Shown here piece by piece: positions 9,601 through 20,607 of a DNA stretch of 64,000 bases. Position 1 is the stretch's first letter, and each line of letters opens with the position of its first letter. Source of the stretch: an uncultured Solirubrobacterales bacterium (GTDB lineage: Bacteria; Actinomycetota; Thermoleophilia; Solirubrobacterales; 70-9). Under the pieces are notes generated by a model. That model did not search any database and had not been told where the DNA came from. It saw only the letters and a program-made list of their open reading frames with translations. A program made the position numbers and the translations under genes. The stretch spans positions 13,080-77,079 of the forward strand of contig CAWAKK010000005.1 of the NCBI GenBank assembly GCA_963782605.1, read 5' to 3'.

Positions 9601-10329
9601 ATGGCTTCAGACCGCGCCACGCTCAAGGTCGACGAGCGCACCGAGTTCGGCTCGCGCTCGACGCGACGCTTGCGCCGTTCCGGGCTCGTGCCCGGCATCG
9701 TCTACGGAGGCGATTCCGAGACCCGTCACTTCCAGGTGGGCGTGGGCGAGCTGCGGAGCGTGCTGGTGCATGGTGGCGCCCTCATCGACCTCCAGTTCGA
9801 TGGCAAGGCGACGCCGGTCGTGATCAAGGACGAGCAGCGCCATCCCGTGCGCGGCCAGGTCATGCACCTCGATCTGCTCGAGGTCAAGCTCGACGAGGCC
9901 ATAGAGGCCGACGTCGAGGTCGAGCTGCTCGGCGCCGAGGAGGCCCCCGGCGTCAAGGAGGGCGGTGTCCTCGAGCACGTGACACACCAGGTCACGATCT
10001 CGGCGCTCCCGACCGACATCCCGGAGAGCATCGCCGCCGACGTCTCGGGCATGGAGATCGGCGACACCCTTCAGCTTGCGATGGTGCCGGCGCCCGAGGG
10101 GGTTGAGTACGCGCTCGGAGAGGACGAGGACCCCGAGGAGATCACGATCGCCACACTCTCGCCGCCGCGCATCGAGGAGGAGCCCGAGCCCGAACTCGAG
10201 GAGGAGGCTGAGCTCATCGGCGAGGACGGCGAGCCGATCGAGCGCGAGGAGGGCGAGGAGGGCGAGGCCCCCGCCGAGGGCGAGGGCGATTCGGCCGCCG
10301 AGGGCGACGAGTCGGGCGACGAGGGTTAG
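9601..10329 (+). CDS. rplY: 50S ribosomal protein L25 / general stress protein Ctc, with long acidic C-terminal tail
   Basis: ATG 9601 in the frame of track ORF 9535. RTEFGSRSTRRLRRSGLVPGIVYGG N-terminus. D/E-rich tail. Followed by pth. Confidence 0.9.
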   Translation: MASDRATLKVDERTEFGSRSTRRLRRSGLVPGIVYGGDSETRHFQVGVGELRSVLVHGGALIDLQFDGKATPVVIKDEQRHPVRGQVMHLDLLEVKLDEAIEADVEVELLGAEEAPGVKEGGVLEHVTHQVTISALPTDIPESIAADVSGMEIGDTLQLAMVPAPEGVEYALGEDEDPEEITIATLSPPRIEEEPEPELEEEAELIGEDGEPIEREEGEEGEAPAEGEGDSAAEGDESGDEG

Positions 10330-10332
10330 CCC

Positions 10333-10935
10333 TTGCGACTGTTTGGCCGGCGTCGCTTCGAAGACGCTGGCGAGGGAGGCGACCGCTTCCTGGTCGTGGG
10401 TCTGGGAAATCCGGGTTCGCGGTACGCGAAGACCCGGCACAACGTGGGCTTCGAGGTGGCAGCCGAGCTTGAGCGTCGATGGGATTTGCCGCGCGCGAAG
10501 CGAAAGTTCCGCGGCCTCTACTCCGAAGGGCGCATTCGGCCCGGCGGGCCGCGGGTCGCGGTTCTTCGCCCCCAGACGTTCATGAACGAGTCCGGCACCG
10601 CCGTTGGTCCCGCCCGCGGCAGCCTGAAGGCTCCGCTCGACCACGTGGTCGTCGTCCACGATGAGATCGATTTGCCGTTTGGGGAGGTGCGATCGAAGCC
10701 GGGAGGCGGTGTCGCCGGCCACAACGGCTTGAAGAGCCTCAAGCAGGGTCTTGGGAGCGCGGACTTCTGGCGCGTGCGGACAGGGGTCGGGCGACCCGAC
10801 TCCACCGACCCGGAAATCGTCTCAGCGCACGTCCTCGGCCGCTTCTCCGAATCCGATGACGAGGTGCGCGGACTGATCGCGCAGGCGGCCGATGAGGCAG
10901 AGCGAGTGATCGAGAGGATCCCGGCCGATGGGTGA
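10333..10935 (+). CDS. pth: peptidyl-tRNA hydrolase
   Basis: LVVGLGNPGSRYAKTRHNVGF signature. TTG start. Conserved rplY-pth pairing. Confidence 0.92.
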   Translation: MRLFGRRRFEDAGEGGDRFLVVGLGNPGSRYAKTRHNVGFEVAAELERRWDLPRAKRKFRGLYSEGRIRPGGPRVAVLRPQTFMNESGTAVGPARGSLKAPLDHVVVVHDEIDLPFGEVRSKPGGGVAGHNGLKSLKQGLGSADFWRVRTGVGRPDSTDPEIVSAHVLGRFSESDDEVRGLIAQAADEAERVIERIPADG

Positions 10936-11671
10936 GCTCACGACCTACGAGGTGGGCGGGGCAGGCGCGGAGGTCGCTCCCGCAGGGGTGGCCCTGCTTC
11001 GCCTCAACCGTGCCGAGGCGCGAAACGCGGTCAACACAGGCATGTTGATCGAGCTACTGGAGCACGTGGGTCAGGCCAAAGGCGATGAGAGCGTGCGGGT
11101 CCTGGTCCTGTCTTCCTCCGACCACATGGGGCTGTCTGCCGGAGCCGACGTCCGAGAGGAGCTCGACGAGGAGGGGAAGGTCCGCCGCATGCAGCTCTTC
11201 GCCGGCCTTTACGACTCACTCACGGATTTCCCAAAGCCCACGATCGCCGTCTGCCACGGTGCCTGCGTGGGTGCGGGCGCCGAGATCGCAGTCGCTTGCG
11301 ACTTGCGGGTGGGCGGCTCAAATCTGCGCCTGCGCTTTCCAGGCGGCGCCCTGGGTGTCCCGGTGGGACCCGCGCGTCTCGCCACGCTCTGCGGCCTGTC
11401 CGTTGCCAAGTACCTGCTCCTGACCGCGAAGGAGATCGACGCCGATGCTGCCTACCGCTGGGGCCTCGTGCACAAGGTTGCGCCGGCAGCGGCTGCGGAG
11501 TCGGCCGCTCTCGCGCTCGGCGAGCAGGTAGCCGCAAACCCGCCGGAGGCGGTGGCGCGGCTGAAAGCGATGCTGCACGAGTGGGACGGCGTCGTTGAGC
11601 GCGCCCGCACCGAGGGGGAGGCTCAGGTCGAGTGGGAGCGGTCGGGGCCGGGCCTGCCCTATCGACCCTAG
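10928..11671 (+). CDS. enoyl-CoA hydratase/isomerase (crotonase) family protein
   Basis: LLRLNRAEARNAVN and VCHGACVGAGAEIAVACDLRV crotonase-fold motifs. Confidence 0.85.
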   Translation: MGELTTYEVGGAGAEVAPAGVALLRLNRAEARNAVNTGMLIELLEHVGQAKGDESVRVLVLSSSDHMGLSAGADVREELDEEGKVRRMQLFAGLYDSLTDFPKPTIAVCHGACVGAGAEIAVACDLRVGGSNLRLRFPGGALGVPVGPARLATLCGLSVAKYLLLTAKEIDADAAYRWGLVHKVAPAAAAESAALALGEQVAANPPEAVARLKAMLHEWDGVVERARTEGEAQVEWERSGPGLPYRP

Positions 11672-12651
11672 GCTGCCTTTGCCGCGAGCTGACCGCAGGC
11701 CGCGTCGATGTCGCGACCGCGCGTGAGTCGCACTGTCGCCCGCAGGCCCCGCTCCTCCAGTGCCGCGCGGAAGGCATCGGTCGCGCGCCGTGAGGAGCCC
11801 TCGTAGACCGAGCCGGTGGGGTTGAAGGGGATCAGGTTCACCTTGTAGATGCGCGGATCGAGGAGGTTGGCCAGCGCCGTCGCCTGCTCGTAGCGATCGT
11901 TGACGCCGCCGAGCATCACGTACTCCACGAAGATCCGCCGCCGCTTGCGGGCGTGGTGGCGCTCGCACGCCGCCAGCACCTCCGCGATCGGGTAGCGGTC
12001 GTTTACCGGCATGATCTGCGAGCGCAGCGCGTCGTCGGGTGCGTGCAGGCTGAGCGCGAGGCGGATGGGCATCTCGACCTCGGCGAGGCGATCGATTCCG
12101 GGCACCCAGCCGACCGTTGAGATCGCCGTGCGTCGGCGGGTGATCCCGATGTCCGGCAATCGTTCGCAGGCGGCGAGGACGGCGTCCAGGTTCATCATCG
12201 GCTCGCCCATGCCCATGAAGACGCAGTGATCGACCGGCCCCATACGCCGGAAGTGAAGCGCCTGGTCGAGGATCTCTGATGCGGTCAGGTTGCGGCCGAA
12301 GCGCATCGACCCTGTCGCGCAGAAGGTGCAGGTGAGCGGGCAGCCCGACTGCGAGGAGAGGCACACCGACCGGCGCCCGTCGCGGTAGGTCATGAGCACC
12401 GCCTCCAGCGGGCGCCCGTCCCCTGTCGCGAAGAGCGCCTTGATCGTGCCGTCGGTCGAGCGAGCCTCGTCCTTAAGCGACAGGGTCGAGAAGGGAACGG
12501 CCTCCGTGAGGGCATCCCGGAGCGCCTGGGGCAGGTTCGTCATCTCGCCGTAACCGGCGGTCCCGCGTGCAGCCCACTCCCACACCTGCGCGGCGCGGTA
12601 GCGGGGCTCGTCGCGTGAGGCGAGGAAGGCGGAGAGGGCGGGGAGGTCCAT
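11668..12651 (-). CDS. rlmN: 23S rRNA (adenine2503-C2)-methyltransferase, radical SAM (RlmN family)
   Basis: CLSSQSGCPLTCTFCATG radical-SAM cluster motif. N-terminal YRAAQVWEW. C-terminal IDAACGQL. Confidence 0.88.
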   Translation of the reverse strand: MDLPALSAFLASRDEPRYRAAQVWEWAARGTAGYGEMTNLPQALRDALTEAVPFSTLSLKDEARSTDGTIKALFATGDGRPLEAVLMTYRDGRRSVCLSSQSGCPLTCTFCATGSMRFGRNLTASEILDQALHFRRMGPVDHCVFMGMGEPMMNLDAVLAACERLPDIGITRRRTAISTVGWVPGIDRLAEVEMPIRLALSLHAPDDALRSQIMPVNDRYPIAEVLAACERHHARKRRRIFVEYVMLGGVNDRYEQATALANLLDPRIYKVNLIPFNPTGSVYEGSSRRATDAFRAALEERGLRATVRLTRGRDIDAACGQLAAKAA

Positions 12652-12741
12652 GGCGAGATGGTGGCAGGCCGAAGGCTCGCCGGGCCGTCGTAAAATTGCT
12701 CTCGGAAGGGCCGGACCGCGCGTTCGGTCTTTCCGCGTGCC

Positions 12742-15700
12742 ATGAGCCTGAGACCTCTCCTCGAGATCGCCGCCGAAGACGAGCGCTTCACAGCGCTCGC
12801 TGAGGCTGCCAGGGCAGGCGCGGAAAATGGGGCGGCGAGCACGGCGCTCGTCTCGCCGGCGATCCGGCCCTTCGTGCTCGCGGCGTTGCTCGACGATTCT
12901 GGGGCGCTCGGAGGCCGGCCGGCGCTGATGGTCGCGGCCGACGACATCGGCGCCCGCGATCTCACCAGGGAGCTGGCCGCGTACCTGGCGCCGCGGCGAG
13001 TTCGTTTCTACCCGTCGCGAGGCACGGGGTATGAGTCACATCTCACGCCACCCCCACATCTCGTCGGCCTGCGCATCGCCGCCTTGGATGCGCTCACGGG
13101 CTGGGACGGCTCGAACGGCGCTCCGGCGGAGCCGCCCGTCGTGGTCGCCGGCGCTGTCGCGCTCGCCGAAGCGGTGCCGGATGCGTCCCTGCGCCCGAGC
13201 GGATTCTCGCTTCGACGAGGGGAGGAGGTCGACCTGGATCTGGTCGCCGAGCTGCTCGTGGAGGCGGGATACGAGCGAGTCGACCAGGTTGAGGACCGTG
13301 GCCAGTTCGCGGTTCGGGGCGGCATCCTGGATGTCTTCCCCGCCACCTCCGAGCGGGCGGCGCGCCTCGAGCTCTTCGGCGACGAGATCGAGTCGATCAG
13401 GTGGTTCTCCACCTTCACCCAGCGCTCGCTCGGAGAGTCGGAGGGCCTCGAGCTCTCGCCGGCGGCCGAGCTGGCACTGGAGCATCGCGAGCTCGCGGAG
13501 GTTGCGCTGGACAACGATGATGAGACCGCGCGGCCGGACCTCGCGGAGCTCCTTCCCCTCGAATCCCTTCGTGCCCCCCTCGACTTGCTGCCTCAGGGGA
13601 CCGCCGTGCTGATCGCCGGCTCCGAGGAGATCGACCCGGCGCTGCGCGACCACTGGGACGACGTCACGACCGCGATGGAGGGCGCCGACGCGCGGCGCCT
13701 CTACGTCGACGTCGCAGCTGCGCTCGCGAGAGCGCTCCACGCTCACGCTCTCGGGCACCGACTCCGGGCAGAAGATCCAATTGCGCGCTCAGCCCCCGGC
13801 GTCTCCCGCGCGCACCCTCCGTGAGGCCGAGTCACAGCTCGAGCGCGAGCTGCGTTCGGGCTACCGAGTCGTGGTCGCGTTCGAGCACAAGGGCGAGGCC
13901 GAGCGGGCCCGCTACAACCTCGAGCGACTCGACGCCGAGGAGCTCGTCCCCGCTTCCCCCGCCGGGTCACCCGAGGCACGGGGTGGGCTGTTCTTCGTGG
14001 CGGCCCGCCTCGCGGACGGGTTCCTCTCGCCAGAGCTGAAGCTCGCGGTGATCCCGTACCGGCGGCTCGTTCACCGCCGGCGAGCCGCCGCTGCACCGGC
14101 TGTGCGCGGGCGCTTCGCCGCCGCCGTCGACCTGCGGGTCGGCGACTTCGTGGTCCACGAGGACCATGGCATCGCGCGCTTCGCGGGCTTCGAGACGAAG
14201 ACGGTGGGCGGGGTCACGCGCGACTACCTCGAACTCGAATACCGGGGCGAGGACAAGGTCTTCGCGCCCACCGACCAGCTCGCGAAGATCACCCGCTACG
14301 TCGGTGCCGGCGGCGATGCGCCGCAGCTCTCGGCGCTTGGATCGAAGCGCTGGGAGGCCGTCAAGGCGCGCGCTCGCCGGGCGGCGCGCGAGCTGGCCGG
14401 CGAGCTCCTCAACCTCTACGCTGAGCGCAAGGCTCGCAGCGGCCACGCGTTCGGCGCCGACTCGGAGTGGGAGCTCGAGCTCGAGCGCTCGTTCCCCTAC
14501 CGGGAAACCGCCGATCAGATGGAGGCGATCGAGGCCGTCTCCGCGGACATGGAAGCGGCGAGGCCGATGGATCGCCTCATCTGCGGCGATGTCGGCTACG
14601 GGAAGACCGAGGTGGCGCTGCGCGCCGCCATGAAGGCCGTAGCGGGCGGCAAGCAGGTGATGATGCTGGTGCCCACCACGATCCTTGCGCAGCAGCACCT
14701 CGGCACGTTCCGGGAACGATTGCGGGAGTTTCCCGTGGAGGTCGAGATGGTCTCCCGGCTGCGCAAGCCGGCGGAGGTCCGCGACACACTCGCCAGGTTC
14801 GGGGAGGGCAAGGTCGACATCCTGGTCGGGACGCACAGACTGCTCTCGCGCGATGTCCAAGCGGACGAGCTGGGGCTCCTGATCGTCGACGAGGAGCAGC
14901 GGTTCGGCGTTCGCCAGAAGGAGCTCCTGCGGCAGCTGAAGCTGAGGGTCGACGTGCTCTCGCTCTCGGCCACCCCGATCCCGCGCACGCTTCAGATGAG
15001 CCTCGCGGGACTGCGTGACATCTCGGTAATCGAGACCCCGCCGGAGGGCAGGCGGCCGATTCGCACCTATGTGGGCCCGTTCGAAGAGGAGCTGGTTGGG
15101 AAGGCGATCAGGCGGGAGGCCGCCCGCTCGGGCCAGGCGTTCTTCCTTCACAACCGCATCGACACGCTGCACGAAACCGCCGAGCGCCTGCGGGCGCTGT
15201 GTCCCGGTGTGAGGTTCGGCGAGGCGCACGGCCAGATGGACGAGCGCGACCTCGAAGCGGCGATGCTGGCGTTCCTGCGCGGCGAGGACGACTGCCTTGT
15301 GGCGACGACGATCATCGAGTCCGGGCTGGACATCCCGCAGGCCAACACCCTGATCGTCGAGCGCGCCGATCAGCTGGGCCTCGCGCAGGCCTACCAGATT
15401 CGCGGGCGGGTGGGTCGCGCCAAGGAGCGGGCGTTCGCCTATCTGCTCTATCCCTCTGAGGCGGGCATTCATCGCGACGCTGCGGCTCGCCTGGCGACAC
15501 TCTCCGACTACACGGAGCTGGGCTCCGGCTTCGCGATCGCGATGCGGGATCTCGAGCTCCGTGGCGCGGGGGATCTGCTCGGCGACGAGCAGTCCGGACA
15601 TGTCGCCGCCGTGGGCTTCGAGCTCTACGTCGCACTGCTCGACGATGCAGTCGAGGCGATGCGGGCGGAGGGCGACGGCGTTCGGGCCGAGGCGCGCGTG

Positions 15701-16159
15701 CGCCTCGACGTCGACGTCGACGCTTACCTGCCGGCCGACTACATCCCATTCGAGGCAGCGAAGATCGACGTGCACCGCCGCGTCGCCGGCGCGAGGGAGC
15801 CAGCCGAGCTCCGTGCCCTGCGAGACGAGCTGCGCGATCGCTTCGGCCCGCCGCCCAGCCCGGTGGAGAACCTGCTGGAGCTGGCCCGGGCCAGAGTGGA
15901 GCTGGGGCGGCTCGGCGCCAGGACGGTCGAGTTTCGCGGCGGACGCCTCTCCATCGTCCCGATCGAGCTGGAAGCACCAGCGGTCGGCCGCGTGCGCGAA
16001 CGGATCCCGGAGGCGATCTATGAAACCCGCACCAAGACCCTGGGGCTCCGCGTCGACGACGACCCCAGCTCGCGCCTGGAGGCGGTGCAGGCGCTCACCG
16101 CAGCGCTCGGTGACGCCGTGGCCCCAGGGGCCGGCGAGACCACGATGGCTTCCCGCTAG
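12742..16159 (+). pseudogene. mfd: transcription-repair coupling factor Mfd, split by one apparent frameshift
   Basis: About 330 N-terminal aa are in the frame of ORF 12742; the remainder is in the frame of ORF 13781. The switch lies somewhere between ~13690 and ~13760. Helicase motifs GDVGYGKTEVALRAA and DEEQRFG. mazG follows downstream. Confidence 0.88.
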
Positions 16160-16171
16160 GCTTCCGCGCTC

Positions 16172-17581
16172 GTGCAGGGAGCAAAGCCGCAGAGAAAGCG
16201 CCTCATCGCGTTGATACTCGGTGTGGCGCTGATCATCGTTTTCGGCCTCTTCGTCGTGACCGGGGCGGTCGGTGACCCGTCGATCCCGGACGACGGCGTC
16301 GCGCTCGTCGAAGGCGCGCCCGAGGAGACGATCACTCAAGAGGAGTTCGCCTCTGCCCTGCGCCAGGCGGCGTTCAACCTGCAGCTGCGCGAGCTCCCGC
16401 CGGAGGATGATCCGCAGTTCGAGCAGATCTCACAACAGGCGCTCGCCACCGAGATCCAATCCCGGTGGGTGCGTGCGGAGGCGGCCGAGCGCGACATAGA
16501 GGTCGACGAGCGCGACATCGACCAGGAGCTCGACACGATCATCAACGAACAGCTTCAGGGCCAGAAGGGCTACGAGCGTTTCCTCGCGCAGTCCGAGGTC
16601 GACGGCGAACCGGCGTTCACCGAGGACGACGTGCGTGAGGTCGCAGAGCTCACGGCGATCAGCAATCGCCTGCAGGAGCAGGCGATCCCGAGCGATCCGC
16701 CCGCAGCCTCGGAGCGGGATGTGGAGCTCTTCTACGAGGCGAACTCCGAGCAGTTTGAGGTGGCCGAGACACGTGACGTCCGCGTGATCCTCAACACGGA
16801 CTCCGCGGAGATCGAGCAGGCGATCGCCGATCTCGAGCAGGACAACTCCCCCGAGGCATGGGAGGCGGCGGCGAAGAAGTACTCGACCGACGAGGCCACT
16901 GCGGCCCAGGGTGGCCTGCGGCGTGCCGTCGCGGCGGGCCAGAACGAGCCGGCGCTCGACGAAGCCATCTTCTCGGCAGAGACGGGCGAGGTGGTCGGCC
17001 CGATCGAGGGCGACAGCGGCACCTACGTGATCCAGGTCGAGGAGATAACCGCGGCCGAGACGACACCGCTCGAGGACGTTCGCGCGGATATCGAGACGAC
17101 GCTCCAGCAGGGCCTCCAGCAGCAGCAGATCGACGCCTTTCGCAACGAGTTCGTCCAGAAGTGGACGTCGCGCACGTTCTGCAGCGACGACGTGGTGATC
17201 GAGCTATGCGCCAACGCCGATCCGCCCGAGGAGCCATGCACCTTCGACGATGAGTCGGAGCGCGAGCAGGCGGCGCCGGAGGACATCGAGGCCGGTTGCC
17301 CCGCTCCGGCGCTTCCGCGCAACGTCGTCAACCCGGGTACCGGGCAGATCTTCCCCGGCGAGCAAACCCCTGCCCTTCCTCAGATTCCCTGCGGATGGCT
17401 TGACCCAGCTGACCCGAGCGCCGGCCCGGCGTGCGCGCCGTGGCCGATTCAGAAGGTGCCCGAGGCGCCGGCGGGCGCCCTGCCGGGCGGCACCCTGCCG
17501 ATCGGCCCTGACGGCGCCCCGGTGCCGCCGGGCGGAACGGCCCCGCCCACGGGCACGGCCCCGCCGACCGGCACTCCGTAG
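16172..17581 (+). CDS. membrane-anchored PpiC/parvulin-type peptidyl-prolyl isomerase (SurA/PrsA-like) with Pro-rich C-terminus
   Basis: N-terminal TM (LIALILGVALIIVFGLFVV). Parvulin-like segment (KKYSTDEATAAQGGL ... GDSGTYVIQVEEI). C-terminal GGTAPPTGTAPPTGTP. Confidence 0.7.
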   Translation: MQGAKPQRKRLIALILGVALIIVFGLFVVTGAVGDPSIPDDGVALVEGAPEETITQEEFASALRQAAFNLQLRELPPEDDPQFEQISQQALATEIQSRWVRAEAAERDIEVDERDIDQELDTIINEQLQGQKGYERFLAQSEVDGEPAFTEDDVREVAELTAISNRLQEQAIPSDPPAASERDVELFYEANSEQFEVAETRDVRVILNTDSAEIEQAIADLEQDNSPEAWEAAAKKYSTDEATAAQGGLRRAVAAGQNEPALDEAIFSAETGEVVGPIEGDSGTYVIQVEEITAAETTPLEDVRADIETTLQQGLQQQQIDAFRNEFVQKWTSRTFCSDDVVIELCANADPPEEPCTFDDESEREQAAPEDIEAGCPAPALPRNVVNPGTGQIFPGEQTPALPQIPCGWLDPADPSAGPACAPWPIQKVPEAPAGALPGGTLPIGPDGAPVPPGGTAPPTGTAPPTGTP

Positions 17582-17591
17582 CCGGAACGGC

Positions 17592-18284
17592 ATGGCCGAG
17601 CGCTCGCGCGAAGCCACGCAGCGCGCTCTCGCTCGTCTCGACGAGATCACCCGCCGCCTGCGGCGGGAGTGCCCTTGGGATCGCGAACAGGACGAGCGCT
17701 CGATCGTTCCCCATACCGTTGAGGAGGCCTACGAGCTGGCCGACGCGGCCGCGCGCGGCGACGACGAAAAGCTCGTTGACGAGCTCGGCGACGTGCTCTT
17801 TCAGGTCCTGTTTCTCGCCTTGCTCTTGGAGGAGCGTGGCGCCGGCGATCTCGGAGACGTGGCCGAGGGCATGATCGCGAAGCTCATCCGTCGCCATCCG
17901 CACGTCTTCGCGGAGAGCGAGGCGCGGGAGTTGCTGGGCGACCCGAGCGCCGAGAACGCGGGCGAGGTGCTCGCCAACTGGGACCGCATCAAACGGGAGG
18001 TGGAGGGCCGGGCCGCCGAGGGGCCATTCGGAGACGTGCCCGAGAACCTGCCGGCATTGCTCTACGCCCGCAAGCTTCAACGGCGAGCGGCCTCCGCCGG
18101 AATCGGCGACGGCTCGGAGCCTGACCGCCTCACCGACGCCGCCGAACGCGACGAGGCTCAGCGCCGCCTGGGCGCCGCACTCTTCGAGCTCGTGGACCAG
18201 TCGCGCCGCTTGGGCATTGATCCCGAGCTGGCGCTGCGCGCGGAGGCCGAGCGGTTCCGCTCGATGCACGACTCGGACGACTAG
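17592..18284 (+). CDS. mazG: nucleoside triphosphate pyrophosphohydrolase MazG
   Basis: ATG 17592 in the frame of track ORF 17250. ECPWDREQDERSIVPHTVEEAYELADA and IRRHPHVF motifs. Confidence 0.9.
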   Translation: MAERSREATQRALARLDEITRRLRRECPWDREQDERSIVPHTVEEAYELADAAARGDDEKLVDELGDVLFQVLFLALLLEERGAGDLGDVAEGMIAKLIRRHPHVFAESEARELLGDPSAENAGEVLANWDRIKREVEGRAAEGPFGDVPENLPALLYARKLQRRAASAGIGDGSEPDRLTDAAERDEAQRRLGAALFELVDQSRRLGIDPELALRAEAERFRSMHDSDD

Positions 18285-18287
18285 CTG

Positions 18288-18348
18288 GAAAAGGCACGCG
18301 CCGGCCCGGCGTCGTGCCGGGGGTGCCGGCGCCTTTTCGAGGCCGGTG
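18288..18348 (+). terminator. imperfect GC-rich hairpin followed by TTTT after mazG
   Basis: GAAAAGGC..GCCGGC pairs with GCCGGCGCCTTTTC, with an internal bulge. Located just after the mazG stop. Confidence 0.45.
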
Positions 18349-18368
18349 CGGAATACTGAGCTCGGCAC

Positions 18369-20121
<1,753 letters not shown>

Positions 20122-20130
20122 TGTCCCCAC

Positions 20131-20556
20131 TTGCGCGTGCCGAGCCCGATGACGGCGGGCAGAATGCCTCCCGGGAGCAGGACGACTCAACCAAGCGTCG
20201 AACCACCGGCCATGAGCGCGCGCTCCCAGGCCGCCCGCGGCGGCTATCGCTTAAAGCCGGTCCCCCGCCGTGGCGGCAGCCGGGCCAGCCGCATTCACTG
20301 GGACAAGCTCGGCCGTGTCGTGCTCGTGTTCGTGCTGTTCGCGATCCTCGTCTCCTACGTGAACCCCGTCGTCAACTTCGTCGACGCGTGGCGCGATGCG
20401 GGGGCGGAGCGGCTGGAGCTGCGGGAGCTCAAGCGTCAAAACCAAGCTCTCCGCGCCAAGGCGGGGAGCCTGGAGGGAGCGGCCGCGGCCGAAGGCGCGG
20501 CGCGAGCGCTGGGCATGGTCGCCACCGACGAAGCTCCCTACACGATCAAGCGCTGA
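20131..20556 (+). CDS. ftsB: septum formation initiator (FtsB/DivIC family)
   Basis: Single TM (VVLVFVLFAILVSYV) followed by a coiled coil (ERLELRELKRQNQALRAKAGSLE). Position directly after eno. Start uncertain, with several in-frame options. Confidence 0.75.
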   Translation: MRVPSPMTAGRMPPGSRTTQPSVEPPAMSARSQAARGGYRLKPVPRRGGSRASRIHWDKLGRVVLVFVLFAILVSYVNPVVNFVDAWRDAGAERLELRELKRQNQALRAKAGSLEGAAAAEGAARALGMVATDEAPYTIKR

Positions 20557-20607
20557 GCGCTTCGCCAGGGCTCGTGGCGCCCGCCGAGCCCGGGCTGGGA
20601 GCTCTCC

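Noticed and set aside
13967-16339. 790-aa ORF on the minus strand
   Set aside because: It is entirely antisense to mfd. The translation is Arg/Pro/Gly/His-rich low complexity with no motif. Long stop-free antisense frames are expected at ~70% GC.
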